Assembly: GCF_036321535.1 (NCBI RefSeq)
Contig: NC_087436.1
Location: forward strand, 55,740,001 to 55,804,000
From: Camelus dromedarius
Lineage: Eukaryota
Length of the DNA stretch: 64,000 nt
Direction: 5' to 3'
Shown here piece by piece: positions 50,960 through 64,000 of the stretch (within the stretch, counting starts at the first letter, position 1; the number at the start of each line of letters is the position of its first letter). The translations under genes were made by a program, and so were the position numbers. Under the pieces are notes generated by a model. The model ran no database searches. It was given only the letters and a program-made list of their open reading frames with translations, and was not told the origin of the DNA.

Positions 50960-52110
50960 TACACTTGCAAATACTATTCTTCTAAAATTTTATAGCTGGA
51001 AAACACAAAAGAAAGAACCAAACAATTTTGAAAAAATAATAAATTCAAATGTTAGTTATAAAATGAGCATATAGAAACATAGTAGCTTTTATATTATTTT
51101 GTATTTAAAAATACAAATGAAGAAAGGCTACCTTTTACAATATTAACAAAATAAATGGGAAATGTTAGTGAGAAACATCCTTATATGAAGAATCCTAAAA
51201 TTCTAACAAAAGAACATTAAAAATACTTACAAAAAATGGAAATTTACATCTGATTTATGGGTAAGAAGGCATTATTTTAACTATGTCAGTTCTTCTAAAT
51301 TTGATAAATGTTATCTAAAGCAAAATAACACTATTTTCTTGAGTGGTTGAGAAGGGAGATAAGGAAACAGGAGTAAAGGTTACGTAAAAAAATAAACAAA
51401 GGAAAATTTCCAGGAATGTGCCAAAAAAGATTATTAATGACAAGTTGTCTCTAACATATATTAAAATATTTTTAAAATGACAAGTAATTAAAGAGTTTGG
51501 TCTTTATAGAGTGAAAGACCAATTATTCAAGATACTGTGAAAAAATGGAAGTATATATATATGTATGTATGTACACATATATATAGGGATTTAGTATATG
51601 AAAAATATGAAATACTATCCATAAAGAAATAAGAATGCTGGAACATGGTGTTGGGCAAATGACTCTACACTTACACAAAATTTTTTTTTAATTACAAAAT
51701 GAAATTGTCAACTTAACATGCTATTATACAAAAACCAACTCCAGAGTGATCCAAATACTAACTATAACAAATTAATTAATGAAATAATAATATAACAATT
51801 CTAGAAGAAATTGTGGTAAGTAGGGAAATTAGGATGACATAAAACCTAGAAACAACAAAGAAGGGGAAAAAAGCTAATAAATATGACCAAATAATTAAGT
51901 ATAATTGCATGAAAAATGTGAAGTAAAAAGTCACTAAGAAAGAAAAGTATGTGCAATAATGAGATTTAAAGAACTAATTATCTTAGTATACAAAGAACAA
52001 ATTTAAAAAAGAAAAATAATGAAAAGGAATATAGTGAAAGATTCATACATACAATTCATTCATTCATACAATTCATATAAGAAGAAAGTGCCAAGAAACA
52101 TTTAAAAAAC
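50960..52110 (+). mobile_element. Ancient L1 (L1ME-like) ORF2 remnant
   Basis: A-rich ORF2-like sequence (aaaaaatggaaatttacatctgatttatgggtaagaag; caagtaattaaagagtttgg; tatacaaaaaccaactccagagtgatcc). Confidence 0.65.
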
Positions 52111-52114
52111 ACCA

Positions 52115-52270
52115 TTGACTTTCCTGATTCTCCAGTTAACATATGGCAGATGGTGGGAACTTCTCAGCTTCTACAACCTTGTGGACCAACTCCTATATTA
52201 AATCTCCTTGTATTGATATCCTATATTTATATCTATCCTCTGGTTCAGTTTCTTTGAAGAACTGTAATAC
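52115..52270 (+). mobile_element. ERVL MLT2 LTR 3' fragment
   Basis: ggcagatggtgggaacttctcagc...ttaaatctcc...atcctctggttcagtttctttgaagaactgtaatac. Confidence 0.7.
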
Positions 52271-52274
52271 CCTT

Positions 52275-52690
52275 GTATATAAAAACTTCCATCCTCTCAA
52301 GTAGAAGACTCATCGGGAACTCAGGCTCCTTCCGGGTCTCTGCTTCCCCATCCCTGGCATGTAGCCCTTGTTTTCATTCCTCAAAGTGGCTGCTAGATCT
52401 CCAGCCATCACATCTACTTTTCAGGGAGCAATATGGAGAGAGAACAAGAAAGAACAACAAAAAATAGGTGAAAGGTACATGCCAGATATCGTCTAAGGAA
52501 TTTTCCTTGAAATTACACACTTTTCTGCTTACATTCATTGGCCCTTAATTACTGACAAGGCCATATTTAATGACTATTGGGGAAGCCAGAAAACAGTCTT
52601 TCCATTAGGCACATAAATAAAATACAGGATACAATTACTAAAGAAGAAAAGGATAATGAATTTTTGTGTAGATAACTATAGTTTGTCACC
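52275..52690 (-). mobile_element. MaLR MLT1 (K-like) LTR fragment
   Basis: ctcaggctccttcc...gtggctgctagatctccagccatcacatc...cttttctgcttacattcattggcc. Confidence 0.6.
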
Positions 52691-54199
52691 GAACAAATTA
52701 ACACTAAAGTCTAGTCTGTTACCAAGGCTAAAAATCCGCTCATCCCAAATGATGTCCAGTCATCTTTCTTATATGCCATATCAGAGGATTTGCAAGAGAC
52801 TGAAAGAAGACAATAAGAAACTGTGATCACAAAGCTCAAACATAAACGAAGACAAAGTGAAAAATTTTTCTCTCAATTTTGGCCAAAGAATAATGAGGTT
52901 CGTAAAGAGAGTTTAAGAAATGGGATAAGTAGAGAACAGTATTTAGGTTTAGCCTCATCAGAATGTTAGTAACTTTTACAGAATTAACATCTGTGACCTT
53001 GAACTAAATTAGGAGAAACCTCTAGAAAGGGATAAATTTTGGTACTATACACTTAACATATCAGGGGAGTCAGACAGTAGAAGACTCCTTTGTCTGCTGT
53101 ATCCTCTCTCAGACAGTGGCTCTTGAGAATTTCAAAGTGGTGATAGACTCGTTCACATGATCATACTATTTTGCTTTTTTTCCCTAAATTGATATATTCC
53201 AAAAATTCTTAATGTCCATTTTCTTTAAACTTTGAGTCCTGAACTCTTGATGCAGCATTCCAGGTGAGGTTTGTCTAGAAATACAGTTACCATTTCTTGT
53301 GAATCAGCAATTTAGTCCTGTGCCCTGTTGCTGCTGCCCTTTCTAAACCAAAGCTGCCGTTGAAGCTTTTGAAATCTGGACCTCTGGGGTTGGGAGGAAT
53401 AATTCCACAGGCTTTTGCTTCTGCTGACTTTGCCATTTCTCCATTTTTGATGTCCATAAAGTTTTGGGGGATGATCTACCAGAGCATGGGAAAAACCTGC
53501 AGGACAAGTTACAATGACTAAATCACCCTGACCCACACCCAGAATTGATCTGAGTAGTTTCCAACTGTTCCTCTACATTTTCTTTCTTGGTCCTGAATTT
53601 AGAGTGGAACATCATTCTTATTATTGATGGAAGATGCAGTTTTGTGAGAAAAGTAAATGGGTTTGTAGATTATACTCCACAATTAGGCAGAATTACCCAC
53701 CAACACACTTGCAGTACAGAGCAGGATTCTTGGCAGCCCATTCCTCATGGAGGAAGTAAACTAAACAGGATCCCTGGGTTATATTTTCCAAATTTACAAA
53801 TCAAATGACCCTTTCCCCTCCCATAAGGGAGAATAAGGAAGCATTCTGAGTGCTGAATCAGGGGTCAGGAATGTTATACTTCTTTAATTCTCTTTACTTA
53901 GAAGAACACATCAGAAATAAAGATTCCTGCACTTTGTCTGATAATTTTATTTGGGCTAATATTAAATAAGTAATAAAGTTTTTTACTTAAAATTCCAATA
54001 AATGTAGAGATCAGAGAAGTAATAGAAATTTTAATAAAGGACTTGATCTATTCTCTCAATCACTATTTCTCAACTATTTCTATTTTGAGAGGAACAGTAT
54101 TTTAGTGTGCAAAACTGACTTCACATTGTGGATCTTTAAGCATCCTGGTCCCTGAGCACTAAAAAGGAGCAATGCTCCATCCATCAGTCAGTATAAAAA

Positions 54200-54560
54200 A
54201 TGCTTCTATATGTTCTTAAATATTTTTAAGTGGTGACATCTTCCCCATCTGCACCACCACCTGCTGCAGGTGATCCAGAGGAATTCTCACAGGAGAAGAC
54301 TCCACTCTGAATTGTGAAATATGAGTCGAAATTAGATTAGTGGAGACAAGTAACTGCTTTTCAAGTAGAGGAAACAACATGTTGGATGTCCCTGAGGCCA
54401 GGAGGAGCATGACGTATCAAAGAACTTAACAAACACCTTTGAGCTGGGAGTTCAGACAGCGGGGGAAGTGCTGTTAGGAACCCACATCTTCTTTATTAGG
54501 GTAAACCACTTGCAGGGGCTTAATAAAGGAATGGCATGTTGAGATTTTTGTTTTAAAGTC
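54200..54560 (-). mobile_element. L2 LINE fragment
   Basis: agagggaaacaacatg...ccctgaggccaggaggagcatg...ggaatggcatgttgagattt. Confidence 0.5.
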
Positions 54561-56502
54561 AATCATTTTATTGCATGATTCTCATTCACAATAGGCTCAT
54601 TTTGAATTAATACTCAGTGTTTTCACTAACTTGAGTACCGAACTAATTCACACGATTTTTGTCTTTTGTGTATATGTATGGCTTTTTGCTGACTTGTTTG
54701 TTTTGAAGGGATTTATTTTTGCAAATAGAGTAAAGGCATTTCTTACAAAATGAAAACAAAGCATCTTTTAATTACCCATGCCTTCACTCCTCACTGATTT
54801 TCACACCATGTTACTGCATATGAGATGAAAATAAATCCAACTGTTCCATACCACACACACTGCACAAGAACCTCATTCTCACACTGCTTAGTCTTCAAAA
54901 CTTCAGGAGAGAAATCGTGATAGATCTGCTGATGATGGTGTTCAGTTAATTAACTAACAGTAAAGTAACAAAGACTTGTTTTAATTGTGCATGTCTACAC
55001 TCCCACCCTGAGGACAGGTCCTTTTTATAAAAGAACTTAAGTGCTGACAAAAAAAAAGAAGAAGGAAATCATAAAAGACATAATTACTCCAAAAAGTGTG
55101 AAGAAATAGACTGGAAATTTCACACCCCTTCATTTAAACATTTAATGATGGAAAATCCATTTTAAGACAAGAGATGGTGATTAACCAAGTAACAATATAT
55201 ACCTTTATACAATATGTATGGAAAAATCCTATTTAATGCTGCTTGTAGAATGAAGTCATTATGTTCAATGGAGGGACTATAATTTCAGTATATCTGGTAA
55301 ACCATAGCAAACTCAAGGTTAATTTTTCTCCTCCATTTAACTAAACTTATTCCAACTGTCTATAATATTCCTCTTATAGTTTCAGGTTCATCTTTTTACT
55401 CCTAAGTGATTAGATAGAAAAGGATTTTGCAAAGTGTACAAAGCTGATTTCAAATAAATACCTGACATAGCCTCAGTATTAATTATATTAGTTTCTAGGA
55501 AACCAAACACATAATTCTGCAGTAAATTTAGGCTCTAAACTTAACTTAAAATATCTTTTTTCAACATATGCTTTCTCCATAGTAATTATACCGCACATAG
55601 AAACTTTACAAAACATGTATATTGGAATTCTTACTTTGAGATGATTTTTATATTGCAAAGGAAATATCTAAGACTACATCATGCTAAATAGCTGGCTGAA
55701 ACCAGCAGTAAATGAGATCCATGGAGAATATAAGCAATCATCATTTTATCTGAGGAATGCTTGGATGCGATTCCATACATTGCCTTCCTGAGAATGCTGA
55801 AAATAGAATATATTCAACAGTCAATTCACTCAACAATATTTATTGGGACGATGTTATATGGAAGGAGATGTAATCAGAAAGGTGTTGTAGACTGCAAAGA
55901 GTTTGGATTTTATTTTCAGTAAGCTGGGGCCACTAGAAAGTTTGAGCAGAACAGTGACAAAAGTTCATTTTAAGAAGTACGTTTAAATTATTGCTTACAG
56001 TGAACCTTAAGTATAAAAGATAAATTAATAACAAAAACAATTTACTATAGTACTTACAGATTTGTGCTAAAAATATGCTGAGAGCTATACTTTGTTACTA
56101 TTTAACAGAAAGGAACTTAGAGGACAATAAAATAATTTGTTAATTTATTTTTTCAGTAAGAGTAACAAACACCATAGCCTTGACCTCCAACTACTACATT
56201 TTTAAGTGGGGATGGATTTTTTAGTAAGTTCTCTCCACCTTACTCATTAATTAGAGCTACCAATGTGAACACTTCCTATATGCCAAGAACTATTCTAAGA
56301 AGGATTTTTTGGTTTAGAGGAAGATTAAAAAAAAAAACAACAAAAAAAGAGGTTATTCAGATGCAAAATGGCTTTAAAAGAGATGTTCATCAGAATATAC
56401 AAGAGTAATAATAATAAGCTTTCTTAATAGACAAGATTCTCCTCATCAATATACTGAGTATGATTTGTCATTTTTACTCCTTATATTCATATATATGTAT
56501 TC

Positions 56503-57768
56503 TTTTTTTAAGTTGAAGTATAGTTAGTTACAATGTGTCAATTCTGGTGTACAGCATAATGTCCCAGTCATCCACATATATACATATATTTGTTTTCATA
56601 TTCTTTGTCATTAAAGGTTATTAAAAGATATTGAATATAGTTCATGTGCTATACAGAAGAAATAAGTTTTTTTATCTATATTTATATACAGTGGTTAACA
56701 TTTAAACATCTCAAACTCCTAAATTTATCCCTTCCCACCTCCTTTCCCCTGGTAGCCACAAGATTGTTTACTATGTCTGCAAATCTGTTTCTGTTTTATA
56801 GATGAGTTCATTAGTGCCCTCTTTTATTTTTTTTTACATTCCACATATGAGGGATATCATATGGTATTTTTCTTTCTCTTTCTACCTTACTTCACTTAGA
56901 ATGACAATCTCCAGGTCCGTCTGTGTTACTGCAAATGGCATTATTTATTCTTTTTTTTTTATCACTGAGTAGTATTCCATTGTATAAATATACCACAGCT
57001 TCTTTATCCAGTCATCTGTTGATGGACATTTAGGTTACTTCCATGTCTTGGCTATTGTTTATAGTGCTGCTATGAATATCACGGTACATGTATCTTTTCA
57101 AATTAGAGTTCCCTCCAGGTATGTGCCCAGGAGTGGGACTGCTGGATCATACGGTAAATCTATTTTTAGTTTTCTCAGGCATCTCCACATTGTTTTCCAT
57201 AACGGCTGCACCAAACTACATTCCCACCAATACTGTAGGTGGGTTCCCTTTTCTCCATACCTTCTCCAGCATTTATAGTTTGTGGACTTTTGAATGATGG
57301 CCATTCTGACTGGTGTGAGGTGATACCTCACTGTAGTTTTGATTTGCATTTCTCTGATAATTAATGATATTGAGCATTTTTTCATGTGCCTATTGACCAT
57401 TTGTATGTCTTCATTGGAGAAATGCTTGTTTAGGTCTTTTGCCCATTTTTGGATTGGGTTGGTTTTTTTCTGTTATTAAGTTGTATGAGCTGTTTATATA
57501 TTCTGGAAATTAAACCTTTGTCAGTTGCATTATTTGCAAATATTTTCTCCCATTCTGTAGGTTGTCATTTTGGTTTACTTATGGTTTCCTCTGCTGTGTA
57601 AAAGCTTATAAGTTTAATTAGGTCCCATTTTGTTTATTTTTGCTTTTATTTCTATTGCCTGAGTAGACTGTCCTAGAAGAACATTGCTAAGATTTATGTC
57701 ACATAATGTTTTGCCTGTTTTCTTCTAGGTTTATAGTGTCTTTTCTTAGAGTTACATCTTTAAGCCAT
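56503..57768 (-). mobile_element. Relatively young 5'-truncated L1 (ORF2 C-terminus plus 3' UTR)
   Basis: Minus-strand ORF 57098..57400 encodes the L1 ORF2 C-terminal region ([28 protein letters not shown]...[11 protein letters not shown]...LPYDPA.PLLG.Y). 3' UTR and A tail run toward 56503. Confidence 0.93.
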
Positions 57769-60700
57769 CAATTCTTTATTTTATAGTAAAAGTATGGTAA
57801 TTTTAGAAACTGAATATATTCTATTTACTTATTAAATAAACATTAACTACACATTGCCAGTAGTTTGGTCAGACTTTCCTGCAGATAATCAGGAAGTTGT
57901 AATCATCAAACTCACTTACAATGATAACTTAATAATATCAGATAGAATGCCAGCTAATGCATTCAGTGAAAACATTAGCATTTTTAAACTAAGTACTTGC
58001 ATTATTGCTTTTTAATATTTAAACTTGCAGGCCTTATTCCTATAGGTAAGTATTGTTAATAGGATTGAAAATGACTGTTTCCCTTTTAGTATCATTTAGT
58101 TCTCAATATTGTTACTCTTGATTTGGGTGACGGAGCTACAAAAGACATTTTAAGATGGGGTTGCAATCAGCGTTTGTAATCTCCAGTGCTCAAAGGAACT
58201 GATTCTAAGAACAGCGTGGGCTGGGTGTAATATAACAGGCTCTGGATCAGACCATGTCCCAGGGAACTTGTGTCTAGCTCTTCAATGCAGGCAGCATTTG
58301 TTTTTCCCCCTGCTATGTTTCAAAAATAATGTACATGGTATACAGTCCCTAATGGTTACCACCAAGAATAGGAATATATCTTTGCGGGTATAATTCATGT
58401 TCATATATAATGTCAGGTATTAGACATGTGGTTCTGCCTTTAATATCATCTTCTATCTTCTGTACATATGTTACACTTGGTTTTCCTCATGGATTGTGGC
58501 ATGTGGTATTCTAATTAAATAATGCCTTTGTTCACTCTGTTCTAACATGAGAAAAGTCTGACTACATAATTGCAGGTTTCCATTTTATTTTCACTGTTTA
58601 GATTACCACTTTATTCTAATTGTATATCTTGAAGAAAGAATTATAGGAGTAAGTTTGAAATGGTTATAATTATAGTGACATTTAGGATAAACAGTGAGGA
58701 ACATATCTTCCAAGTTTAAAAGCACATTCAGTTCTTGAAGGGTCAGAGATTAAGAATATTGGACTGAAGTAGGTCTTACGCTCTTTGGTTTGCTGTTGTT
58801 GTTGCTATATTTTTGCTCAAAAATTTTAAAAGGACCATATTGCTGAAAGAAAAATTTTAATGTAAATGTAAAGCATTTTTAATATGTAGAGCAACAATTT
58901 GGAATACAGATAGCCTCTAAGACACTCATGTCTGATTTCAAAATGCCTGCTACTTACCATGAGCTTATTGCTTTAAAGTGTCCCTTGGCTACTTGGTGAA
59001 GGATAAAGGAGAAAGTGCTTGTCTACTTTAAGTCAGTCTGCTGCTGAGTCCAATAGTGAAGTAATAAGGAAAGGTCTGCTTTTTTAGTTCGCAGGATAGT
59101 GCGTGGAATTGTCTACTGGGGATGTTTAAGTAATGCTAGAAGGAAACTTGCTCTCCCACCATGCCCCTGTTCTAGACTGGAGTTAAGAATGAGAATCTGT
59201 ACTTCATTAGAGAAAGGTGAATTTAGGGATTTTTTTTTCCCCCAGAGAGTTTCAAAGTTCAATGTTTAAGATTTTGGTTAGGGATTTGTATGAACTGGGT
59301 TTTTTGTGTTTGTTTTTTATTTTGGGTTTGTGTGTATGTGTGTGTGTGCACCTTCCATTGTGAAGTATAAGAAACATGTCCTTGGATCTTTCCAACTTTC
59401 TTTTTTGTTCCATCCTTGTATGTCCTGTATCTCCCTTCTTTTCATAGACCTGCTCAACTCTAGGTATTGGAAAAATTCATTCACTCATAATTTTCAAATT
59501 TCAGCCTCCGTCCTCAATTTTCAGAAGCAATCGTATTCATGCTCAGGACATTAGAGAGTGGATAGAAATGACAATCTCACAAGCCCAAGCTACTCCAAAC
59601 CCAGCAAGCTGCAGTGTTTTATCATCCACCCTCCTTTCTCCCATCCTCCCAGTCATGAGGACTTGGCCAGAGGAGTAGGTTTCTTCCTATTCAGTGCTTT
59701 ATATTTCAATTCTCCTGCTGGGACAAGAACCTTCCTGTGAAGCTTACATTTTTTGGCTATGATTTTCACAACTCTTGTCTCAGTTTTTCTATAGGGATCA
59801 TTTATTGTACCTATATTCAATGCCTCTGGGTCTGCTTTGAACAGGAGTAAAGTTCCTGAAATAAAAGAAAAAGTGTTGGCTACCCAACTTTTCACTGTTA
59901 TTAGGAAATTCCTGCCACAAAGTCCCATCTCCCAACTCCCCAGGTTGAATGCCATGGTTAATGACATAAGCCTGGATGGTCTCTAGTCCACTCTGCCTTA
60001 TCAGCCATTACTTGGATTGGTAGCACCCTCACATCTATGGCAGCCCTCCACCACTGATCCATGTGTATTCCTAGTTAACTGCCTGCAGGCATACCAGACT
60101 CTTGCCTAAGGCTTCACTGGCTATGCCCTTGTCAGCCACCCAAGTTTTTAAGAAGAGATGAGCAACTAGCTAAAAGCAAAGTAACAGATCACGTGAATGT
60201 GGTTCCTCCATCTATAGGCAGAAATCATACCTACTAAATAACAGTAAAGTAATGCTCTGCTTCCAAATTCATCTCCACCTTTCCTCTTTTCAGCCCCTTG
60301 AGGATTCCTCAGCATCTCCTTCCAACACAAATATGAAGACTTTTCACTTCTTCACACTTCTACACATACTATTTTTTTTCTCCGATCACCAATTTCTACT
60401 TCAAAACATCAGACATGATTAAGTCTAGAAACTTCTCCAGAGAATTTACCTTTTAAAAATAGGTAGGGGTCCAGAGAAACTGATTGGTCAAATTTAGCTG
60501 ATTGCAACCCAAGCTAGTAACTGAATTCTATTCATGTATGCTGACTTTGCACATGAAAGCATGTTTACAAACTCAATGGTGAACAGAACTGAAGAGAACA
60601 CTGCTTTACACAGTAGAGAAAATATAAAGAAAACAAATGTGGGTAAGTACTTAGAAATATCTATGAGTAGATCTCTATCTATGTTTATATATCTCTCTAT

Positions 60701-62844
60701 ATCTATTTATAGCTATCTATCCATCTATATATGTCTATCTATCCACAAGGTATCATTTTCAGAAAATTAGAGAAGAATATGTAGTTACTGCTTAATATCC
60801 GAAATAACATCTTACCAGTCAGATGATCACAGCCAAATGCCGAATCCAGAAGATGGTTTAAAGTAATTAGTTACTGATATCAGGCTGGAATCTGGACAGC
60901 ATCCAACTTGAATGGGTGCCTAGGAGCAATTTCTCCCTTGGTCTCCATTCTACTTTCTTTGGCAAATCCTCTGCTCTGGACTGCGTGTCATAATTCCACC
61001 CTGCTGGAATCCCTTGAAATCAAGGCTAGAGTGATATATTTGGGGTTCCAACCTGACATAGTGGATTCCTACATTCTTCAGATTGGAGCAAACACAGGAA
61101 AACGAATGCATCAAAAACAAAACAAAACATCCCAACACAATAAAAGAAAGCACCAAAACACAGCAACAACAACAAAGCTTTGTTCTATTGGTCACCTGCT
61201 TCCTACAGCATCACATTAAATTGGTAACTTATTATTCTAAAAGGCCTCTTTAGTGGGTGGAAGGGAGAGGATGTGAAAAAGAGTGAATAGGACAATAAAA
61301 AAACAGAGGATTCGCATATTTAATTATGTTTCTCTCTCTCTCATCATTCTCTTTCTCTACGTGTTTACATGTAAACAATGCATTGAGCAAGCATGAAATA
61401 CAGATTATAATAAAGTTGCATATTATTGTTGTCTTTCACTGTCCTTTGGTATTCAGTGGTGGTAATCGTGCCTGTCCCTCTGATGACAATTTCCATGTGG
61501 AAATTACATGTTTGCCTACTTACAGACCATACTATAGTCATGTTAGTGAAAAACAGAGTCTTGGTTTGGAAATTCTAATGTCCATTTCACGATATAAATA
61601 AAAGAATTGTTCTTAGTTTACCATTAAAATTCTTCTTTCTAGTCTCTCTGTTAGCTAAAATGGTGTCTTTGTGAAAATCAGGAAAAAGTACCCTTTTTCT
61701 GACCATGCCAGAGTACCCTGCCAGGGCTTTGCCAATGGAATACTGGCTGAATTTAGTTCCATCTCACCAATTCAGTGGATTTAGAGTAAATTAAGATCAA
61801 TATTGGGGTAAACTCTACACAATCCTATAATCACATACCACAGCCCTGCTTCCCTTCCCACGTTGGAAAGGTAGAGGCATGGTCCTTTTGCTATACCCTC
61901 TCTTCCTAGTCACCTTGTCCCTCAACAAACTAGCAGCTATTTCACTTAAGCTCAAAAATGTAGAGGAAGGAGAAGAGTAAACAGTAAAACAGTACTTACT
62001 TAGCTGGGCAACTCTGCACTCTGACCATGCTGGTGATTAAGAGCTGGCTCTTCTTGTGATGTGCTTCCAAGGGGCCTTAACAGGTTCCAGGTTGAGCCCC
62101 TGTCTCCTGAAGTTCCTTTAATCTTGGCAAACGTTCTGTACTCTGTGTGGCCATTGAAATGCCAGGGCATCCCAGGCCTCCACCTACTTTCTGCTGAGGT
62201 CTTCTTGCCCCTCCATGAAGCCCTGTTAGGTGGAACACACAATATCCTCCCAGTGATTCTTTCCTCCTGGGGACTCACTCTTGTGGCCAAGAAATGTAAG
62301 TGCACCTTGCTCAGACAAACTATAGGACTTTCGAGAACCCCATGAAGTAGCACCCAGTGAAGTAGCACCCTCCTCACTTAGCCGCCAAATACCTTTCTCC
62401 CCCTCCAAATTTTTCAGGCAAAAGTCAGATCCCAATCTGCAGTTCATTCCAACTTTCACAGACAGAATTCAGGCTCCAAACCTCTGCGTCGGCCAACTTC
62501 AAGGAATACATTTCAAAGGTCTCCAAGTGTCCCTTCTTGAATCTTTCTAGCTATACTTTGCACTAGGAGGTAGCTCCACCCCAACCCCCTTCCCCAAAAA
62601 TGTGCGAGATGGAGAGGGAAAGCACAGAAGTGCAACCACTGTCTTCTCTATCTCTCTATTGATCATGTCACAAAATCATTCCATAAAAATGATTGTTTAC
62701 ATTCTCCAGGTGGATATGGGATTCAAAAGCATGAAGCTGAAATTCTATTTGAAATTCTATACAAGTTACTTGTCTCTTTCTGTTGGCCTCTCAAAATGAA
62801 GCAGAAAAAGTCCCATTCTTACATACTGGTAAACACATTTGGCA

Positions 62845-63180
62845 TGTGTGTCAGTCAAGAAAAATAAAAAATAACCTGAAAAGCTCAGTGGCTTAAATAA
62901 ATAAAGGTTTATACCTTGTTCTTGTTTTGATCATTGGCTGGGGCTCTGCTCTGCACTGTCACCATCTTCACTCCGTGGGCTTCAGTTCAACCACTACCTA
63001 GAACATTGAGAGCCTCTGTGGCAGAGGGAACAAGAAACATGGCACAGCACACACGAGTCTTATTTATCTGGCAAAAGAAAGTGACATGGACACACTTGAG
63101 TTCAACAGGTAGAGAAGCATAATTCTGCCACAGGGAGGACACGAGATATTGTGAGTAGTTAGTTATACAGTCTGTCACAC
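62845..63180 (-). mobile_element. MaLR MLT1 (J-like) LTR
   Basis: ctcagtggcttaa...ggggctctgctc...ctgtggcagagggaac...gaaagtgacatg. Confidence 0.6.
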
Positions 63181-63459
63181 CACTTTAGCCACTCTAATCT
63201 TGAAGAAAAACTAGAGAGGAGTTCAGTAGTCTAGACACTGGGTAGATGACAGAATGGCCAATGATCAGGTGTGAATGAGGAAAGAAAACTTCACTTACTG
63301 ATACTGACTCAGGGCTTATATATCTGATAGAGTAGATATTTTCATTTTCTTTTGCAAAATTTTTTCTTGCTTTTGCATATTATAAATAATTGTTTCAATG
63401 GTTATAATGCCTGAAAACTTACTGAGATTAGGGAAAAACATATAGGCCAGAGGAAAAAA

Positions 63460-63690
63460 TAACAATTATTACACACCTACTATGTGCAGGATATGGTCAC
63501 AGTCACTTCACACAGTTAGTATAGTTATTCTTCCAAAAAGTCTTGTGAAGTAGTAATTATTGTCCCTGTTTACATATGACAAAACTGAGGTTCACAGAGA
63601 TTAGGTGACTGCCAAAGATGGTTAAAACAGAGCCAGCATTCAAGCCCAGGTCTTAATCCAAAGCCTTTGGTGCTCCCATTAGACCACCAA
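63460..63690 (-). mobile_element. MIR SINE
   Basis: cacctactatgtgcagg...tttacatatgacaaaactgaggttcacagagattaggtgactgccaag...ttcaagcccaggtct. Confidence 0.8.
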
Positions 63691-64000
63691 TGGCTATTTT
63701 GCTTGGACATACTCTCTTTTCTAGTATGATAATGTTGTTCTTTAGTAGCCTAAGGATTCCTTAGGCTGTGCTTCCTAATCAGGATTCAGTAAACGGACTT
63801 AAATATGGTAGGGGAATTTTTGTTTTGGTGGGAGTTGTTGTTTTGTTTTTAAACATGACCTAGTCTACTTTATGAACAAGCTAATGAGCATTTTAATATT
63901 CAGAAAGTTATTCATTTCAACTTGGAATATGCAGAACCATCATATATCCTATTTTTCAAAAAAAAAGAGAAGGAGAAGAAAAAGAAGAAGAGAATAGAAA

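Noticed and set aside
57048..57400. 100-aa ORF as a host gene
   Set aside because: It is an L1 ORF2 C-terminal fragment within a truncated L1.
62000..62459. Overlapping 77-125 aa ORFs in a GC-balanced patch
   Set aside because: Non-ATG starts and no recognisable domain or exon structure.
1..64000. Prokaryote-style systems (CRISPR array, operon, defence island), NUMT or additional exons
   Set aside because: The sequence is mammalian. I saw no regularly spaced repeat-spacer array, mitochondrial-like segment or other recognisable coding exon.

Overview
Mammalian, AT-rich, repeat-dense genomic window. It is most likely from a camelid, because it carries several tRNA-Ala-derived Vic-1-type SINEs. 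It contains one protein-coding gene: the intronless testis retrogene PDHA2 (pyruvate dehydrogenase E1 alpha 2) on the minus strand, 38430..39608, with a small CpG-island promoter. The rest is gene desert filled with old L1/L2/MIR LINEs and SINEs, MaLR/ERVL/ERV1 solo LTRs, hAT-Charlie DNA transposons, young lineage-specific L1 3' ends and SINEs with target-site duplications (TSDs), and microsatellites. I found no convincing new multi-gene system. The best leads are all around PDHA2: a palindromic double MYB site plus CRE and GC box in the promoter, two PBX/PKNOX decamers upstream, a solo LTR about 30 bp past a poly(A) signal, and unusual amino-acid changes including loss of the R-2 presequence arginine. 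There are also several retrotransposition oddities: a triplicated TSD, a tail-only SINE and an ancient 5'-inverted L1. Repeat family names and comparisons with human sequences come from recall, not from database searches. Boundaries of old repeats are approximate.
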